DNA of 63,643 nt, filler included. It is 5 parts of 5 records of this genome, joined end to end, with 100 filler letters (N's around TTAATTAATTAA, not from the genome) between each part and the next. Parts side by side here need not be neighbours in the genome. Positions count along the whole stretch, not along the records: positions 43,733 to 51,140 come from DRR723986_10801; positions 51,241 to 57,276 come from DRR723986_10803; positions 57,377 to 63,643 come from DRR723986_10826; 2 more parts are not named here. One strand, written 5' to 3'. Both the position numbers and the translations under genes were made by a program. Under the pieces are notes generated by a model. It was not told where the DNA came from and did no database searches. It saw only the letters and a list, made by a program, of their open reading frames with translations. Positions 48,049 through 57,715 of this stretch are shown here, piece after piece (the first letter of the stretch is position 1; each line of letters starts with the position of its first letter).

Positions 48049-48627
48049 ATGCCCACCCCAAACCCTGCCGCGTTAGAATTTTTGCTCAGCCGCCGTTCGC
48101 GCCCGGCAAAAACCCTAACCACCCCCGTGCCCAGCCGCGAGGCGCTGTTGCCGCTGCTGACCGCGGCCGCGCGCACCCCCGACCATGGCAAGCTGGAACC
48201 ATGGCGCTTTATCGTGCTGGGCCAAGCCGCCCTGGCGCGGCTGGGCCAAACCGCCCGCCTGCGCGCCCAAGAGCTGGGCTATGATACAGAAAAGGCCGAC
48301 AAAGGCGCCAACCAGTTTGAAACCGGCACGCTGGCTGTGGCGGTGATCGAGGTGCAGCGCGACAGCGCCAAAATACCGCCACTGGAAATGACCTATTCCG
48401 CCGGCGCGGCCTGCCTTGCGCTGCTCAATGCCGCCTTGGCGGCAGGTTGGGGCGCCAATTGGCTGTCGGGCTGGCCCAGCCATGATGCGGGCTTTGGCCA
48501 AGCGGCGCTGGGGCTGGCTGAAAACGAACGGATCGCAGGCTTTATCCATATCGGCACCGAAACCGCCGCCCCGCCCGAACGCCCCCGGCCCGACTTGGAA
48601 AAGATCGTGACATGGGCATTGGATTGA
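48049..48627 (+). CDS. Nitroreductase family protein (YdjA-like)
   Basis: RRSRP, AARTPDHGKLEPWRFIV, GWGANWLSG. Confidence 0.92.
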   Translation: MPTPNPAALEFLLSRRSRPAKTLTTPVPSREALLPLLTAAARTPDHGKLEPWRFIVLGQAALARLGQTARLRAQELGYDTEKADKGANQFETGTLAVAVIEVQRDSAKIPPLEMTYSAGAACLALLNAALAAGWGANWLSGWPSHDAGFGQAALGLAENERIAGFIHIGTETAAPPERPRPDLEKIVTWALD

Positions 48628-49328
48628 TCTTCAAAAGCTTTGGCAAAACCTTGGGTCAAATCACCGACCCACGGTTTTCGCGCGTGCTGCTGTTGGGCCT
48701 GGCGCTGACGCTGGCGCTGCTGGTGGGCGCCTATGCGCTGGTTTTGTGGCTGGTGCAAATGCTGGTGGGTGACACGCTGACATTGCCGTGGATTGGCACG
48801 ATCAGCGGGCTTGATACGCTGCTGGGTTGGTCTAGCCTGCTGCTGATGATGGTTTTGTCTGTGTTTTTGATGGTGCCTGTCGCCTCGGCCATCACCTCGA
48901 TGTTTCTCGATACGGTGGCCGACGCGGTCGAGCAGCGCCACTACCCCGGCCTGCCACCGGCCACCCCCCTGCCCATGGGCGAGGCGGTGAAGGACACGAT
49001 CAATTTCTTGGGGCTATTGGTGGCGGCCAACGTGCTGGCACTGGTGGTCTATCTGTTTGTATTCTGGATCCCCTTTGCCCCGGCCCTGGTGTTTTGGGGC
49101 CTGAACGGGGTGCTTTTGGGGCGCGAGTATTTCACCCTGGCCGCCGCGCGCCGCCTGGGCCGCGACGGGGCGCGCCAGCTGCGCAAGCGCCATCGCGGCA
49201 CCATCTGGTTGGCGGGGTTTTTCATGGCCATCCCGCTGAGCGTGCCCTTGATGAACCTTGTGATCCCGATCTTGGGTGCGGCCACCTTTACCCATATTTT
49301 TCACGGGCTGACGAAAAGGGTGGGCTAA
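48612..49328 (+). CDS. EI24/CysZ-like membrane protein
   Basis: Multiple TMs; FLDTVADAVEQRHYP, NGVLLGREYF, VPLMNLVIP. Confidence 0.85.
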   Translation: MGIGLIFKSFGKTLGQITDPRFSRVLLLGLALTLALLVGAYALVLWLVQMLVGDTLTLPWIGTISGLDTLLGWSSLLLMMVLSVFLMVPVASAITSMFLDTVADAVEQRHYPGLPPATPLPMGEAVKDTINFLGLLVAANVLALVVYLFVFWIPFAPALVFWGLNGVLLGREYFTLAAARRLGRDGARQLRKRHRGTIWLAGFFMAIPLSVPLMNLVIPILGAATFTHIFHGLTKRVG

Positions 49329-49345
49329 GAAAAACAGGGGCTGAT

Positions 49346-49374
49346 AAAAAAGGCGGGCTGATGCGCCCGCCTTT
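49346..49374. terminator. Bidirectional terminator between convergent genes
   Basis: AAAGGCGGGC-TGATGC-GCCCGCCTTT with A tract. Confidence 0.7.
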
Positions 49375-49400
49375 GCAAACTGGTGCCATTTTGGCCGGGC

Positions 49401-49679
49401 CTAGCCCGCTTGTGGGCCCATGCGATGGAACAGATCGATATCGCGCACGGTTACATAGCCGCCCAGAATGATCGTGGCCAAAATCGCCCAAACCACCCCG
49501 GCGGCCAAGGTGGTGATCAGCGCTTTTTTCTTCAGGTTATGCACCTCTGGGCTGCTGGCATGGGTGCCGGGCACCACTTGGCCCACGTCACCTTGGGTTT
49601 GCAGGCGAATGGGGATGACAATGAGAAATGTCAAAAACCACAGCACCGCATATAGAACAATCCCCGAGGTGATACCCAT
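49401..49679 (-). CDS. DUF1467-family membrane protein
   Basis: IVLYAVLWFL...TQGD..VVPGTHASSP; coupled to mce. Confidence 0.88.
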   Translation of the reverse strand: MGITSGIVLYAVLWFLTFLIVIPIRLQTQGDVGQVVPGTHASSPEVHNLKKKALITTLAAGVVWAILATIILGGYVTVRDIDLFHRMGPQAG

Positions 49680-50083
49680 TATACCTGCTCCAGCTCGACC
49701 AGACAGCCGTTGAAATCTTTGGGGTGCAAAAACAGCACCGGCTTGCCATGGGCGCCAATCTTAGGCTCGCCCGTGCCCAAAACGCGTGCGCCGGTGGCTT
49801 GCAGATGGTCGCGCGCGGCGATGATATCATCGACCTCGTAGCACACATGGTGAATGCCGCCCGCCGGGTTTTTTTCCAGAAACCCGGTGATGGGCGAGTT
49901 TTCCCCCAAGGGGTAAAGCAGCTCGATCTTGGTGTTGGGCAGTTCGATAAACACAACTGTCACGCCGTGATCTGGTTCGTCCTGCGGCGCGCCTACCTTG
50001 GCGCCGAGGGCGTTTTTATATTGGGCCGATGCCGCCTCGAGGTCGGGCACGGCGATGGCGACATGGTTCAAACGTCCGATCAT
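49679..50083 (-). CDS. mce: Methylmalonyl-CoA epimerase
   Basis: GRLNHVAIAVPDL, HGVTVVF, GGIHHVCYEV, GAHGKPVLFLHPKD, ELEQ. Confidence 0.97.
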   Translation of the reverse strand: MIGRLNHVAIAVPDLEAASAQYKNALGAKVGAPQDEPDHGVTVVFIELPNTKIELLYPLGENSPITGFLEKNPAGGIHHVCYEVDDIIAARDHLQATGARVLGTGEPKIGAHGKPVLFLHPKDFNGCLVELEQV

Positions 50084-50163
50084 GGCGGTTCCTCCGGTTT
50101 GGTTTCTACATGGTTATGCGTGCCGGGCAAAAAAAGGGCAAGCGACAGGGCGCCGCGGCTGGC

Positions 50164-50178
50164 TTAACCAAGCATTAG
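50164..50178. promoter_or_regulatory. CtrA-like binding site
   Basis: TTAA-CCAAGCA-TTAG: one mismatch to TTAA-N7-TTAA, includes TTAACC half-site; AT-rich island in GC-rich intergenic region. Confidence 0.5.
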
Positions 50179-50234
50179 GCATGTCGCGTCATCTTGGGCC
50201 TATCACCGCATTGCACGCCCCACAGGAGGATAAG

Positions 50235-50963
50235 ATGAACGACCGCGAGTTTAGCCCCCTCTCCCAGCCGCTGCCCAGCGCCAACCGCCCCTTGCTGGGC
50301 CTGACCATTCTTGCGGTGGAAGACAGCCACCATGCCTGCGAGGCGCTGCGCCTGATCTGCCTGCGCTCGGGCGCCAGGCTGCGCCGCGCCGATTGCCTGC
50401 GTTCAGCCCGGCGGCATCTGCAGGTGTATCGCCCGGCGGTGCTGATTGTCGATCTGGGCCTGCCCGATGGGTCGGGGTTGGATCTGATTGCCGAATTGCA
50501 AAACGCCCGCCCCCGTATCGGCGCCATTTTGGCCACCTCGGGCGATCCGGCCCAAAACGGGGCTGCACGCAGCGCCGGGGCCGATGGGTTTTTGCCAAAA
50601 CCGCTGGGGTCGGTGGCCAGTTTCCAAGAAACCGTGCTGGGGCTGTTACCCGCCGATCGCCAGCCCATGGGCCCAAGGCGGCTGCCAGACGAGGTGCTGC
50701 ACCCCGACCCAATCGCCTATGGCGATGATATGGCCCATGCCTTGGTGTTGCTGGGCAATACCGAGGCTGCCACAACGCTGGAGTATGCGCTGCAATTTCT
50801 GGCCAGCGTGGCCCAAAACGCCCAAGATACACCGCTGCTGGATCTGTGCACAAAGGTGCAGGCGCTACGCAAGGCCCGCGCCCCCGCAGCCAGCACACAA
50901 ACGGCGCTGGCGCGCCTGGCCGCTGCCGTGCGCGAACGCCAAGATTGCCGCGCTGCGATTTAA
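50235..50963 (+). CDS. Orphan response regulator (REC + helical C-terminal domain)
   Basis: AGGAGG RBS; VEDS, VDLGLPDGSG, ATSG, FLPKP. Confidence 0.85.
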   Translation: MNDREFSPLSQPLPSANRPLLGLTILAVEDSHHACEALRLICLRSGARLRRADCLRSARRHLQVYRPAVLIVDLGLPDGSGLDLIAELQNARPRIGAILATSGDPAQNGAARSAGADGFLPKPLGSVASFQETVLGLLPADRQPMGPRRLPDEVLHPDPIAYGDDMAHALVLLGNTEAATTLEYALQFLASVAQNAQDTPLLDLCTKVQALRKARAPAASTQTALARLAAAVRERQDCRAAI

Positions 50964-50995
50964 ACAAAAACGGCCAGCCCGGGCAGGGCTGGCCG
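50964..50995 (-). terminator. Intrinsic terminator after aspS
   Basis: CGGCCAGCCC/GGGCTGGCCG stem, T tract on minus strand. Confidence 0.75.
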
Positions 50996-51025
50996 CAGCC
51001 ACGCAAACGCGTGGTGAGTATTGGC

Positions 51026-51140
51026 TTATTGATCCTGGGGGATCACGCGCAGGCCCAGTTCCATCAGCTGCTCGGCGCTGGGGTCGCTGGGGGCGTTCAT
51101 CATCAGGTCTTCGGCGCGCTGGTTCATCGGGAACATGATC
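51026..51140 (-). CDS. aspS: Aspartate--tRNA ligase, C-terminal fragment
   Basis: Manual translation [37 protein letters not shown], typical AspRS C-terminus. Confidence 0.9.
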
Positions 51141-51240
51141 NNNNNNNNNNNNNNNNNNNNNNNNNNNNNNNNNNNNNNNNNNNNTTAATTAATTAANNNN
51201 NNNNNNNNNNNNNNNNNNNNNNNNNNNNNNNNNNNNNNNN
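51141..51240. other. Artificial contig linker
   Basis: 44 N + TTAATTAATTAA + 44 N. Confidence 0.98.
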
Positions 51241-51700
51241 CTATGTGCCGCCGCAGGTGATGTTTGCCTCGACCGGGCAGAAACCCGACCGCGGCGATAG
51301 CAAAGACAGCGTGGGCAATATCCGCGATACCGGGGTTTTTTGTATAAATATCGTTGAATACGCCATGCGCGACGCGATGAACATCAGCTCGAAAACCCTG
51401 CCGGCTGCGCGCAGCGAATTTGACGAGGCCGGGCTGGAACGGGCCGAATGCGAAACCATCGCCTGCGCGCGCGTGGCCGCGGCACCTGCGGCGCTGGAAT
51501 GCACGTTGATCGATATCATCCAGCAACGCGGCGAAAATAATTTCCTGGTGCTGGGCGAAGTCACCGGCATTCACATGCGCGATGATTGCCTGGTGGATGG
51601 GGTTTTCGATATAACCCGCTACCAGCCCTTGGCGCGGCTTGGCTATCGCGATTATTCGGTGGTGCGCGATCTTTTCGCGCTGGCCCGCCCCGACGACTAA
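51241..51700 (+). CDS. Flavin reductase family protein (DIM6/NTAB-like), 5' truncated
   Basis: PPQVMF, KDSVGNIRDTGVFCINIV, EFDEAGL, ALEC, PLARLGYRDY. Confidence 0.9.
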
Positions 51701-51709
51701 GCCAATAAC

Positions 51710-51733
51710 GCAGGGCGCGCCCGTGCGCCCTGC
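51710..51733. terminator. Hairpin between convergent genes
   Basis: GCAGGGCGC-GCCCGT-GCGCCCTGC; no clear U tract. Confidence 0.45.
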
Positions 51734-51745
51734 CCGATTGGGGCA

Positions 51746-52336
51746 TCAAGGCTGCAAGGATCGCAGCCAAAATTGCAGCTCTTTGGCGGTTTCACCGGGC
51801 TGATCCACGTCTTTCCAATCAAAACGCGCGCGCACGCCCGGCAGGGGCTGGTAGCCCCGCTTGCGCCAAAACCCATCCAAGGGTTGGTAATCGGCCGGGC
51901 GCAGCGGGTGGTTTTCGGGGCGTTCCACCCCACAAAACGCCACTTTGGAAAAGCCCAAGGCGCGGGCGTGGGCCTCGCGGTGATCAAAAAACTGATGGCC
52001 AATGCCGCGCCCACGATAGCCCGGCAAAAGCACAGATTCGGCGCAGTAGAAAATCTGCGCCATATCAAACCCGCGGCCCGCAAAGGCGGTGGCGAAATCA
52101 TCGGCATGATCGGCCAGCGGCGTGCCCGTGGCCGCGCCTACCAGATCTGTGCCATCAAAGGCCCCCACCAAAACCGCCTGCGCGCTTTGGCGATAGGTTT
52201 GCAGATAGCGGCGCTCGTAGTCTAGATCGCCATCATAAAGATAGGGCCATGCCCGAAACACCGAAATGCGCAGCCGCGCCACATCGTCTAGTGCCGCATC
52301 CAACGCATCCCCGGTCAGGGGGCGCACCGTGATCAT
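51746..52336 (-). CDS. GNAT-family N-acetyltransferase
   Basis: LRISVFRAWPYLYDGD, ESVLLPGYRGRGIG (motif A), FWRKRGY; ATGA overlap with upstream gene. Confidence 0.9.
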   Translation of the reverse strand: MITVRPLTGDALDAALDDVARLRISVFRAWPYLYDGDLDYERRYLQTYRQSAQAVLVGAFDGTDLVGAATGTPLADHADDFATAFAGRGFDMAQIFYCAESVLLPGYRGRGIGHQFFDHREAHARALGFSKVAFCGVERPENHPLRPADYQPLDGFWRKRGYQPLPGVRARFDWKDVDQPGETAKELQFWLRSLQP

Positions 52337-52743
52337 GCAGCCGATACCTGCGCCACCCAATCAGACAGGTTGTAATAGGTCACAACCCGGGTGATTTGGC
52401 CGTTTTCCAACGAAAAGAACGAGCCCGCAGGCAGGCGGTAGGTTTGCCCATGCGCCTGCGGCAGGCCGGCATCGGTGTGCAGATAGGTGCCATTGACCAC
52501 GTATTCCGCCGCGGCACGTGTGCCATCGGCGCTGGCCATAACGACCATATCGGTCAGGTTTTCCTTGTAGCAGCGGCTCATATGGGCGCAAAATTCGGCA
52601 AATGCGGCCTTGCCCAGGCGGATATTGCCCTCGTTCACATGATGGGCCACATCATCTGACAGGCAGGCCAGCATGGCATCGGTATTGCCTGCATTGAAGG
52701 CCGCGAAATAGCGTTGCACGGTGGCTTGGGCAGTATCAGACAT
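52333..52743 (-). CDS. Ketosteroid-isomerase-related / SnoaL-like protein
   Basis: CAGGAG RBS; YFAAFNAG, DDVAHHVNEG, RAAAEYVVNGTY, GQTYRLPAG, ITRVVTYYN. Confidence 0.88.
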   Translation of the reverse strand: MSDTAQATVQRYFAAFNAGNTDAMLACLSDDVAHHVNEGNIRLGKAAFAEFCAHMSRCYKENLTDMVVMASADGTRAAAEYVVNGTYLHTDAGLPQAHGQTYRLPAGSFFSLENGQITRVVTYYNLSDWVAQVSAA

Positions 52744-52844
52744 GGCGCACTCCTGGTGATGATGGGCGTGGGATAGCAGGCTTTTGCAGCGTTTGACTGG
52801 CTGGAAACGGGCATTTTTCTGCCCGGCTGCGACTTTGGCTGCGC

Positions 52845-53306
52845 TTAATCGGGTTTGCGTGGCGGGCCCCAACGGCGGATCAGGTTTTCAACCACTTGAT
52901 CGCGGCTTTGGCGATAGGCGTCCAACTTGGCCTCGCGGGTTTCGCCAAGGCCGGTTGGGTCCATGATCGGCCAATATTCCACCTCTAGGTGAAACACCCG
53001 CGTCAGTTCCAGCGCTTGGCGTTGGCTGGCAGGCGACAGCGCCACCACCAGATCAAAGGCCGACAGATCATCGCCCCATTCTTTCAGCTGCTCGAAACTG
53101 CGCGAGCGGTGGCGCGACAGCTCGACCCCGATTTCCTGGCACACGGCAATGGCAAACCCATCGATTTCCAGATCACTTTTTACCCCGACCGATTGCACAT
53201 AGGTATCGGCGCCATAGAATTTTTTCATGATGCCCTCGGCCATAGGCGAGCGCACCGCGTTGTAATCACAGCAAAAAAGCACCGATTGGGGTAACGCGTC
53301 GGTCAC
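52845..53306 (-). CDS. Low-molecular-weight phosphatase (ArsC/LMW-PTP family)
   Basis: P-loop CDYNAVRSPMAE (CX5R), WPIMDP. Confidence 0.9.
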   Translation of the reverse strand: MTDALPQSVLFCCDYNAVRSPMAEGIMKKFYGADTYVQSVGVKSDLEIDGFAIAVCQEIGVELSRHRSRSFEQLKEWGDDLSAFDLVVALSPASQRQALELTRVFHLEVEYWPIMDPTGLGETREAKLDAYRQSRDQVVENLIRRWGPPRKPD

Positions 53307-53307
53307 A

Positions 53308-53787
53308 TTAACCCCCGAAATGCAAAACGCAGATCAAGGTAAACAGGCGGCGGGCGGTATCGTTATCGATCTCGGCCTTGCCTTCCAGGCGCTCGATCAG
53401 AATGCGCGCGCCCTCGTTATGAATGCCGCGGCGGGCCATATCGATGGTTTCAATCTGGCTGGGGGGCAGGTTGCGCACCGCGTCGAAATAGCTTTCGCAA
53501 ATGGCCCAGTAATCTTTCACAACCTGGCGAAAGGGCGACAGCGACAGGTGGAATTCCGCAGCCTTATCGCCTGCCTCGGTCAAGATATCGAAAACCAGCC
53601 GCTTTTCACGGATCGACAAGCCCACCCTATAGGGGCCTTCGGGCACGATGCGGTCGCAGCGTTTGGGCAGATCAAAGTGGTTTTCTTCCAGCAAATCGAA
53701 CATGGCAACCTTGCGCTCTTGCTCGATTTCCGGTGTGGGCGGCGGCAGGTTCGCGTCGTCCAGTTCGATATGACTGATATAGCCCAT
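53308..53787 (-). CDS. UPF0262 family protein
   Basis: EQERKVAMFDLLEEN, KDYWAICESY, IETIDMARRGIHNEG, TARRLFTLICVLH. Confidence 0.92.
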   Translation of the reverse strand: MGYISHIELDDANLPPPTPEIEQERKVAMFDLLEENHFDLPKRCDRIVPEGPYRVGLSIREKRLVFDILTEAGDKAAEFHLSLSPFRQVVKDYWAICESYFDAVRNLPPSQIETIDMARRGIHNEGARILIERLEGKAEIDNDTARRLFTLICVLHFGG

Positions 53788-53880
53788 GTCATGGTCTCCC
53801 GAAACGTATCTGCTGCGCCTAGCCCATTGGCCGTGCAAAAGCAATGCACCAGCCATGCCAAGCCCCGCGCGCCTTGGGGC

Positions 53881-55182
53881 TTATTCGTTCAAGCGGTTCA
53901 GCCGCGCGCGCACGCTAAGGCCATGCGCCTCGAGGCTTTCTGAGATGGCCAGCGTTTCCGCAGCAGCCCCGATGGCCTTTAGCGCCTCGGGCGTCATTTG
54001 CGCCAGCGTTGTGCGCTTCATGAAATCGAGCACCCCCAACCCCGAGGAAAACCGCGCCGAGCGCGCGGTGGGCAACACGTGGTTCGGGCCGCCCACGTAA
54101 TCGCCAATGGCCTCGGGCGTGAAGGCCCCCAGAAAAATGGCGCCTGCATGGGTGATCTTGGCGCTATAGGCCAGCGGATCTGCCACCAGCAGTTCCAGAT
54201 GCTCGGGCGCCACGCGGTTGGAAAGCGCCGCGGCCATATCCAGATCGGGCACTGTGATGATGGCGCCGTAATCACGCCAGCTGGGCCCGGCGATATGGCG
54301 CCGCTCGAGCGTGGCAAGGTTGCGATCAACCGCCACGGCCACGGCGCGTGCCATGGCCGGGCTGTTGGTGATCAAGATGGATTGCGCGCTTTCGTCATGT
54401 TCGGCCTGGCTGAGCAGATCAAGCGCGATCCAATCGGGGTCGTTATCGCCATCGGCAATCACCAGAATTTCCGAAGGCCCCGCGATCATATCGATGCCCA
54501 CTTTGCCAAACACCCGCCGCTTGGCTGCCGCCACATAGGCGTTGCCCGGGCCGGTGATTTTATCGACCGGCGCGATGGTTTCGGTGCCATAGGCCAGCGC
54601 GGCAATCGCCTGCGCGCCGCCAATGCGGTAAATTTCATCCACGCCCGCCAGCCGCGCCGCCAGCAACACCAGCGGGTTGGCCTGCCCATCGGGGGTGGGC
54701 ACGGTGATGGCCAGGCGCGACACGCCGGCCACTTTGGCGGGAATGGCATTCATCAACACAGACGACGGGTAGCTGGCCAGCCCCCCCGGCACGTAAAGCC
54801 CGGCGGCGCTGACAGGTGTCCAACGCCAGCCCAGCATCGCGCCCGTGTCATCCTGCCAGCTGGCATCTTCGGGCAATTGGCGCAGGTGGTAGGCGCGAAT
54901 ACGCTCGGCCGCCAATTCCAGCGCGGCGCGCTCATGCGCGGGCACCTGCGCCACCAGCGCATCGATTTCCGCATCGCTAAACCGCAGGTTGCCCGCATCC
55001 AGCTGCAGGCGGTCAAATTTTGCGGTCAAATCGACCAGCGCCGCATCGCCGCGGCTGCGCACATCGGCAATAATAGCCGCAACAGCCTGATCCACATCGG
55101 GGCTGTCTTCGCGTTTTGCCCCCAAAAGGGCGGTAAAACGGGCCTCGAAATCGGCTTCGCTGGCATCCAGAAACTGTGGCAT
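53881..55182 (-). CDS. hisD: Histidinol dehydrogenase
   Basis: GLYVPGG, GGAQAIAALAYGT, GPGNAYV, IDMIAGPSE, QAEHD, APEHLEL, GPNHVLPT. Confidence 0.98.
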   Translation of the reverse strand: MPQFLDASEADFEARFTALLGAKREDSPDVDQAVAAIIADVRSRGDAALVDLTAKFDRLQLDAGNLRFSDAEIDALVAQVPAHERAALELAAERIRAYHLRQLPEDASWQDDTGAMLGWRWTPVSAAGLYVPGGLASYPSSVLMNAIPAKVAGVSRLAITVPTPDGQANPLVLLAARLAGVDEIYRIGGAQAIAALAYGTETIAPVDKITGPGNAYVAAAKRRVFGKVGIDMIAGPSEILVIADGDNDPDWIALDLLSQAEHDESAQSILITNSPAMARAVAVAVDRNLATLERRHIAGPSWRDYGAIITVPDLDMAAALSNRVAPEHLELLVADPLAYSAKITHAGAIFLGAFTPEAIGDYVGGPNHVLPTARSARFSSGLGVLDFMKRTTLAQMTPEALKAIGAAAETLAISESLEAHGLSVRARLNRLNE

Positions 55183-55249
55183 TATCGGCAGTCCTTTTTG
55201 GTTGCGCCCCTGATAGCGGCAGGCGCGCCCCGGCTCAAGCCAGCAATGC

Positions 55250-55720
55250 CTAAACCCCGTGGTCGGGGCGGCGCCCCGAGGGTGCGGCATAGGGGCGTGT
55301 GACATCGCGCAGGCTGACATCCAGCGCCTCTAGCTGCAGGCGGATGGCACCATCGCCGGCCAGGGTCAACAGCACCTCGCCCGAAGGTGCCGCGGTTTCG
55401 CGCCATTCCAGCGACAGCAGCGACAGCACCATATCTGCCGCCCCACGCGCCACGCCTTGGCTGGCCACCTTTTGCACCGTGTCAAAAACCAGCAGCGATT
55501 GCACCCGTTCCGGGCCCAATTGGGCGCGGGCGCCATTTTCCCAGCGAAACCTGTTTAGCAAAATCGCAAAGCGGCGCGCCCGCGGCTGCCATGCAATTTC
55601 TGATGCAGGAAATACCGCATCCTGCACCAGCGCCGAGATCACCGCCAGATCATCGCCATCCATCGCGCCCAGATTCAACGGCGCTTCGCGGCCATCCTCG
55701 AAACGCGCATCGTTGCTCAT
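55250..55720 (-). CDS. DUF2948 family protein
   Basis: [34 protein letters not shown]; conserved between murA and hisD. Confidence 0.9.
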   Translation of the reverse strand: MSNDARFEDGREAPLNLGAMDGDDLAVISALVQDAVFPASEIAWQPRARRFAILLNRFRWENGARAQLGPERVQSLLVFDTVQKVASQGVARGAADMVLSLLSLEWRETAAPSGEVLLTLAGDGAIRLQLEALDVSLRDVTRPYAAPSGRRPDHGV

Positions 55721-56988
55721 TGGCCCGACACCCGTTCGATATGGGCACCAACATTGCCCAGCTTTTCTTCTACCCGCTCATAGCCACGATCAAGGTGGTA
55801 GACGCGGTTCACGATGGTTTCGCCTTCGGCAGCAAGCCCCGCCAAAATCAACGAAACCGAGGCGCGCAGATCGGTGGCCATCACCGGCGCGCCCTTTAGC
55901 CGCTCGACCCCGGTTACACGGGCGGTGCCGCCATGCACATCGATCTTGGCGCCCATGCGCATCAATTCAGGCGCGTGCATAAAGCGATTCTCGAAGATCT
56001 TTTCTTCCAGCACGCTGGTGCCCTCTGCGGTGCACAGCAGCGCCATCATTTGCGCCTGCAGATCGGTGGGAAAGCCGGGAAACGGCTCGGTTGCCACGTC
56101 AACCGCGCGCACGCGGCCATTCTTGCGGCTAACTTTCAGCCCATTTGGGGTTTCTTCCACCGAAACGCCCGCGGCATCCAGTTTCTCGCAAAACGCGCCC
56201 ACCAATTCGATGGTGCCACCCAAACATTCAACCGTGCCGCCACAAATGGCTGGCGCCAGCATATAGGTGCCCAGCTCGATTCGGTCGGTCACAACAGGGT
56301 GGGTGGCGCCATGCAGCCGGTCTACACCCTGAATGGTCAGCGTATCTGTGCCCTCGCCCGAAATCTGCGCGCCCATCTTGCGCAAGCACCGCGCCAGATC
56401 CACGATCTCGGGTTCGCGGGCTGCGTTTTGAATAACGGTGGTGCCCTTGGCCAAGGTGGCCGCCATCAGCGCGTTTTCCGTGGCGCCCACAGACACAAAG
56501 GGAAAGGCAATCGTGCCCCCCCGCAGCCGCCCGCCGGGCGCGCGGGCGTGCACATAGCCCTCTTTCAATTCCAGCTCGGCCCCCATCGCCTCGAGCGCCT
56601 GCAAATGCAGATCAACCGGGCGCGCACCGATGGCGCAGCCGCCGGGCAGCGACACAATGGCATGCCCATCGCGCGCCAGCATTGGCCCCAAAACCAAGAT
56701 CGAGGCGCGCATCTTGCGCACAATATCATAATCGGCGCGGTGGTTGGAAATGCTGTGGCTGGTCATCGCCAGCACCTTGCCATCCTGCATCGCCACCACC
56801 TCGGCCCCAAGCGAGCGCAACAGCTGCGTCATGGTGCGAATATCAGACAAGCGCGGCGCGTTTGTCAGCGTCAGCGGCTCTTCGCTTAACAACGTGGCAG
56901 GCATCAACGTCAGACAGGCGTTTTTGGCACCAGCAATCGGGATTTGGCCATTCAAGGCGCCATTTCCCCGCACAATAATCGAATCCAT
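55717..56988 (-). CDS. murA: UDP-N-acetylglucosamine 1-carboxyvinyltransferase
   Basis: [58 protein letters not shown]. Confidence 0.98.
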   Translation of the reverse strand: MDSIIVRGNGALNGQIPIAGAKNACLTLMPATLLSEEPLTLTNAPRLSDIRTMTQLLRSLGAEVVAMQDGKVLAMTSHSISNHRADYDIVRKMRASILVLGPMLARDGHAIVSLPGGCAIGARPVDLHLQALEAMGAELELKEGYVHARAPGGRLRGGTIAFPFVSVGATENALMAATLAKGTTVIQNAAREPEIVDLARCLRKMGAQISGEGTDTLTIQGVDRLHGATHPVVTDRIELGTYMLAPAICGGTVECLGGTIELVGAFCEKLDAAGVSVEETPNGLKVSRKNGRVRAVDVATEPFPGFPTDLQAQMMALLCTAEGTSVLEEKIFENRFMHAPELMRMGAKIDVHGGTARVTGVERLKGAPVMATDLRASVSLILAGLAAEGETIVNRVYHLDRGYERVEEKLGNVGAHIERVSGQ

Positions 56989-57152
56989 CAGCCTTTGTCC
57001 TTTTGCTCTGCCTCATCACCACCTTGATGGGCCGCCCGGGCACGGGCCTGCGCCTTGCGCCGGGCCATATTGGCCTTTAGCGCCGCTTTCAACCGCGCTT
57101 CGCGGTCGGCATCCTTTTTCGAGGGTGATTTGCCATTGTTTTTGCTGTTCAT
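56988..57152 (-). CDS. 54-aa basic small protein coupled to murA (hypothetical)
   Basis: Manual translation [59 protein letters not shown] overlap with murA start. Confidence 0.75.
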   Translation of the reverse strand: MNSKNNGKSPSKKDADREARLKAALKANMARRKAQARARAAHQGGDEAEQKDKG

Positions 57153-57237
57153 GCACTTTGTCTACATGAGGGAAAAAAAAGCGTCCAGTTAAGGCTTGCA
57201 CAGGATTCGTTTTGCGTCTAATCAGCCGCCCACCGAC

Positions 57238-57276
<39 letters not shown>

Positions 57277-57376
57277 NNNNNNNNNNNNNNNNNNNNNNNN
57301 NNNNNNNNNNNNNNNNNNNNTTAATTAATTAANNNNNNNNNNNNNNNNNNNNNNNNNNNNNNNNNNNNNNNNNNNN
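57277..57376. other. Artificial contig linker
   Basis: 44 N + TTAATTAATTAA + 44 N. Confidence 0.98.
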
Positions 57377-57715
57377 CGGGTTCAGGGCTGTCATCGGTTC
57401 CTGAAAAATCATGCCAATTTCGTTGCCGCGAATCTGTTTCATCAGATCTTGTTCGGATTTCGCGAGGTCGATTTCGCCGCCATCACGGCGATCAAACAGC
57501 AGCTGGCCACCAGCAATTTCACCACCGCCGAACTCCACCAGACGCATCAGAGACAGCGATGAAACCGACTTCCCTGACCCGGATTCGCCAACGATACAGA
57601 CTGTTTCGCCGGGGCTTACCTCAAACGAGACGTCTTCCACGCCAACGACAGGTCCATCTTTGGTTTGGAACTCAACCCGAAGATTCTTGATTTGTGCAAT
57701 AGGCTGATCCAGCAC
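57377..57715 (-). CDS. Dipeptide/oligopeptide ABC transporter ATP-binding protein, N-terminal fragment
   Basis: AAGGGAG RBS + GTG; IVGESGSGKSV, RGNEIGMIFQEPMTALNP. Confidence 0.93.

Noticed and set aside
52845-53306. Arsenate resistance locus
   Set aside because: LMW phosphatase lies in the conserved hisD-UPF0262 operon; no arsR, arsB or acr3 present.
53998-55302. 434-aa plus-strand ORF opposite hisD (and 318-aa ORF opposite murA)
   Set aside because: High-GC antisense shadow frames mirroring the real genes.
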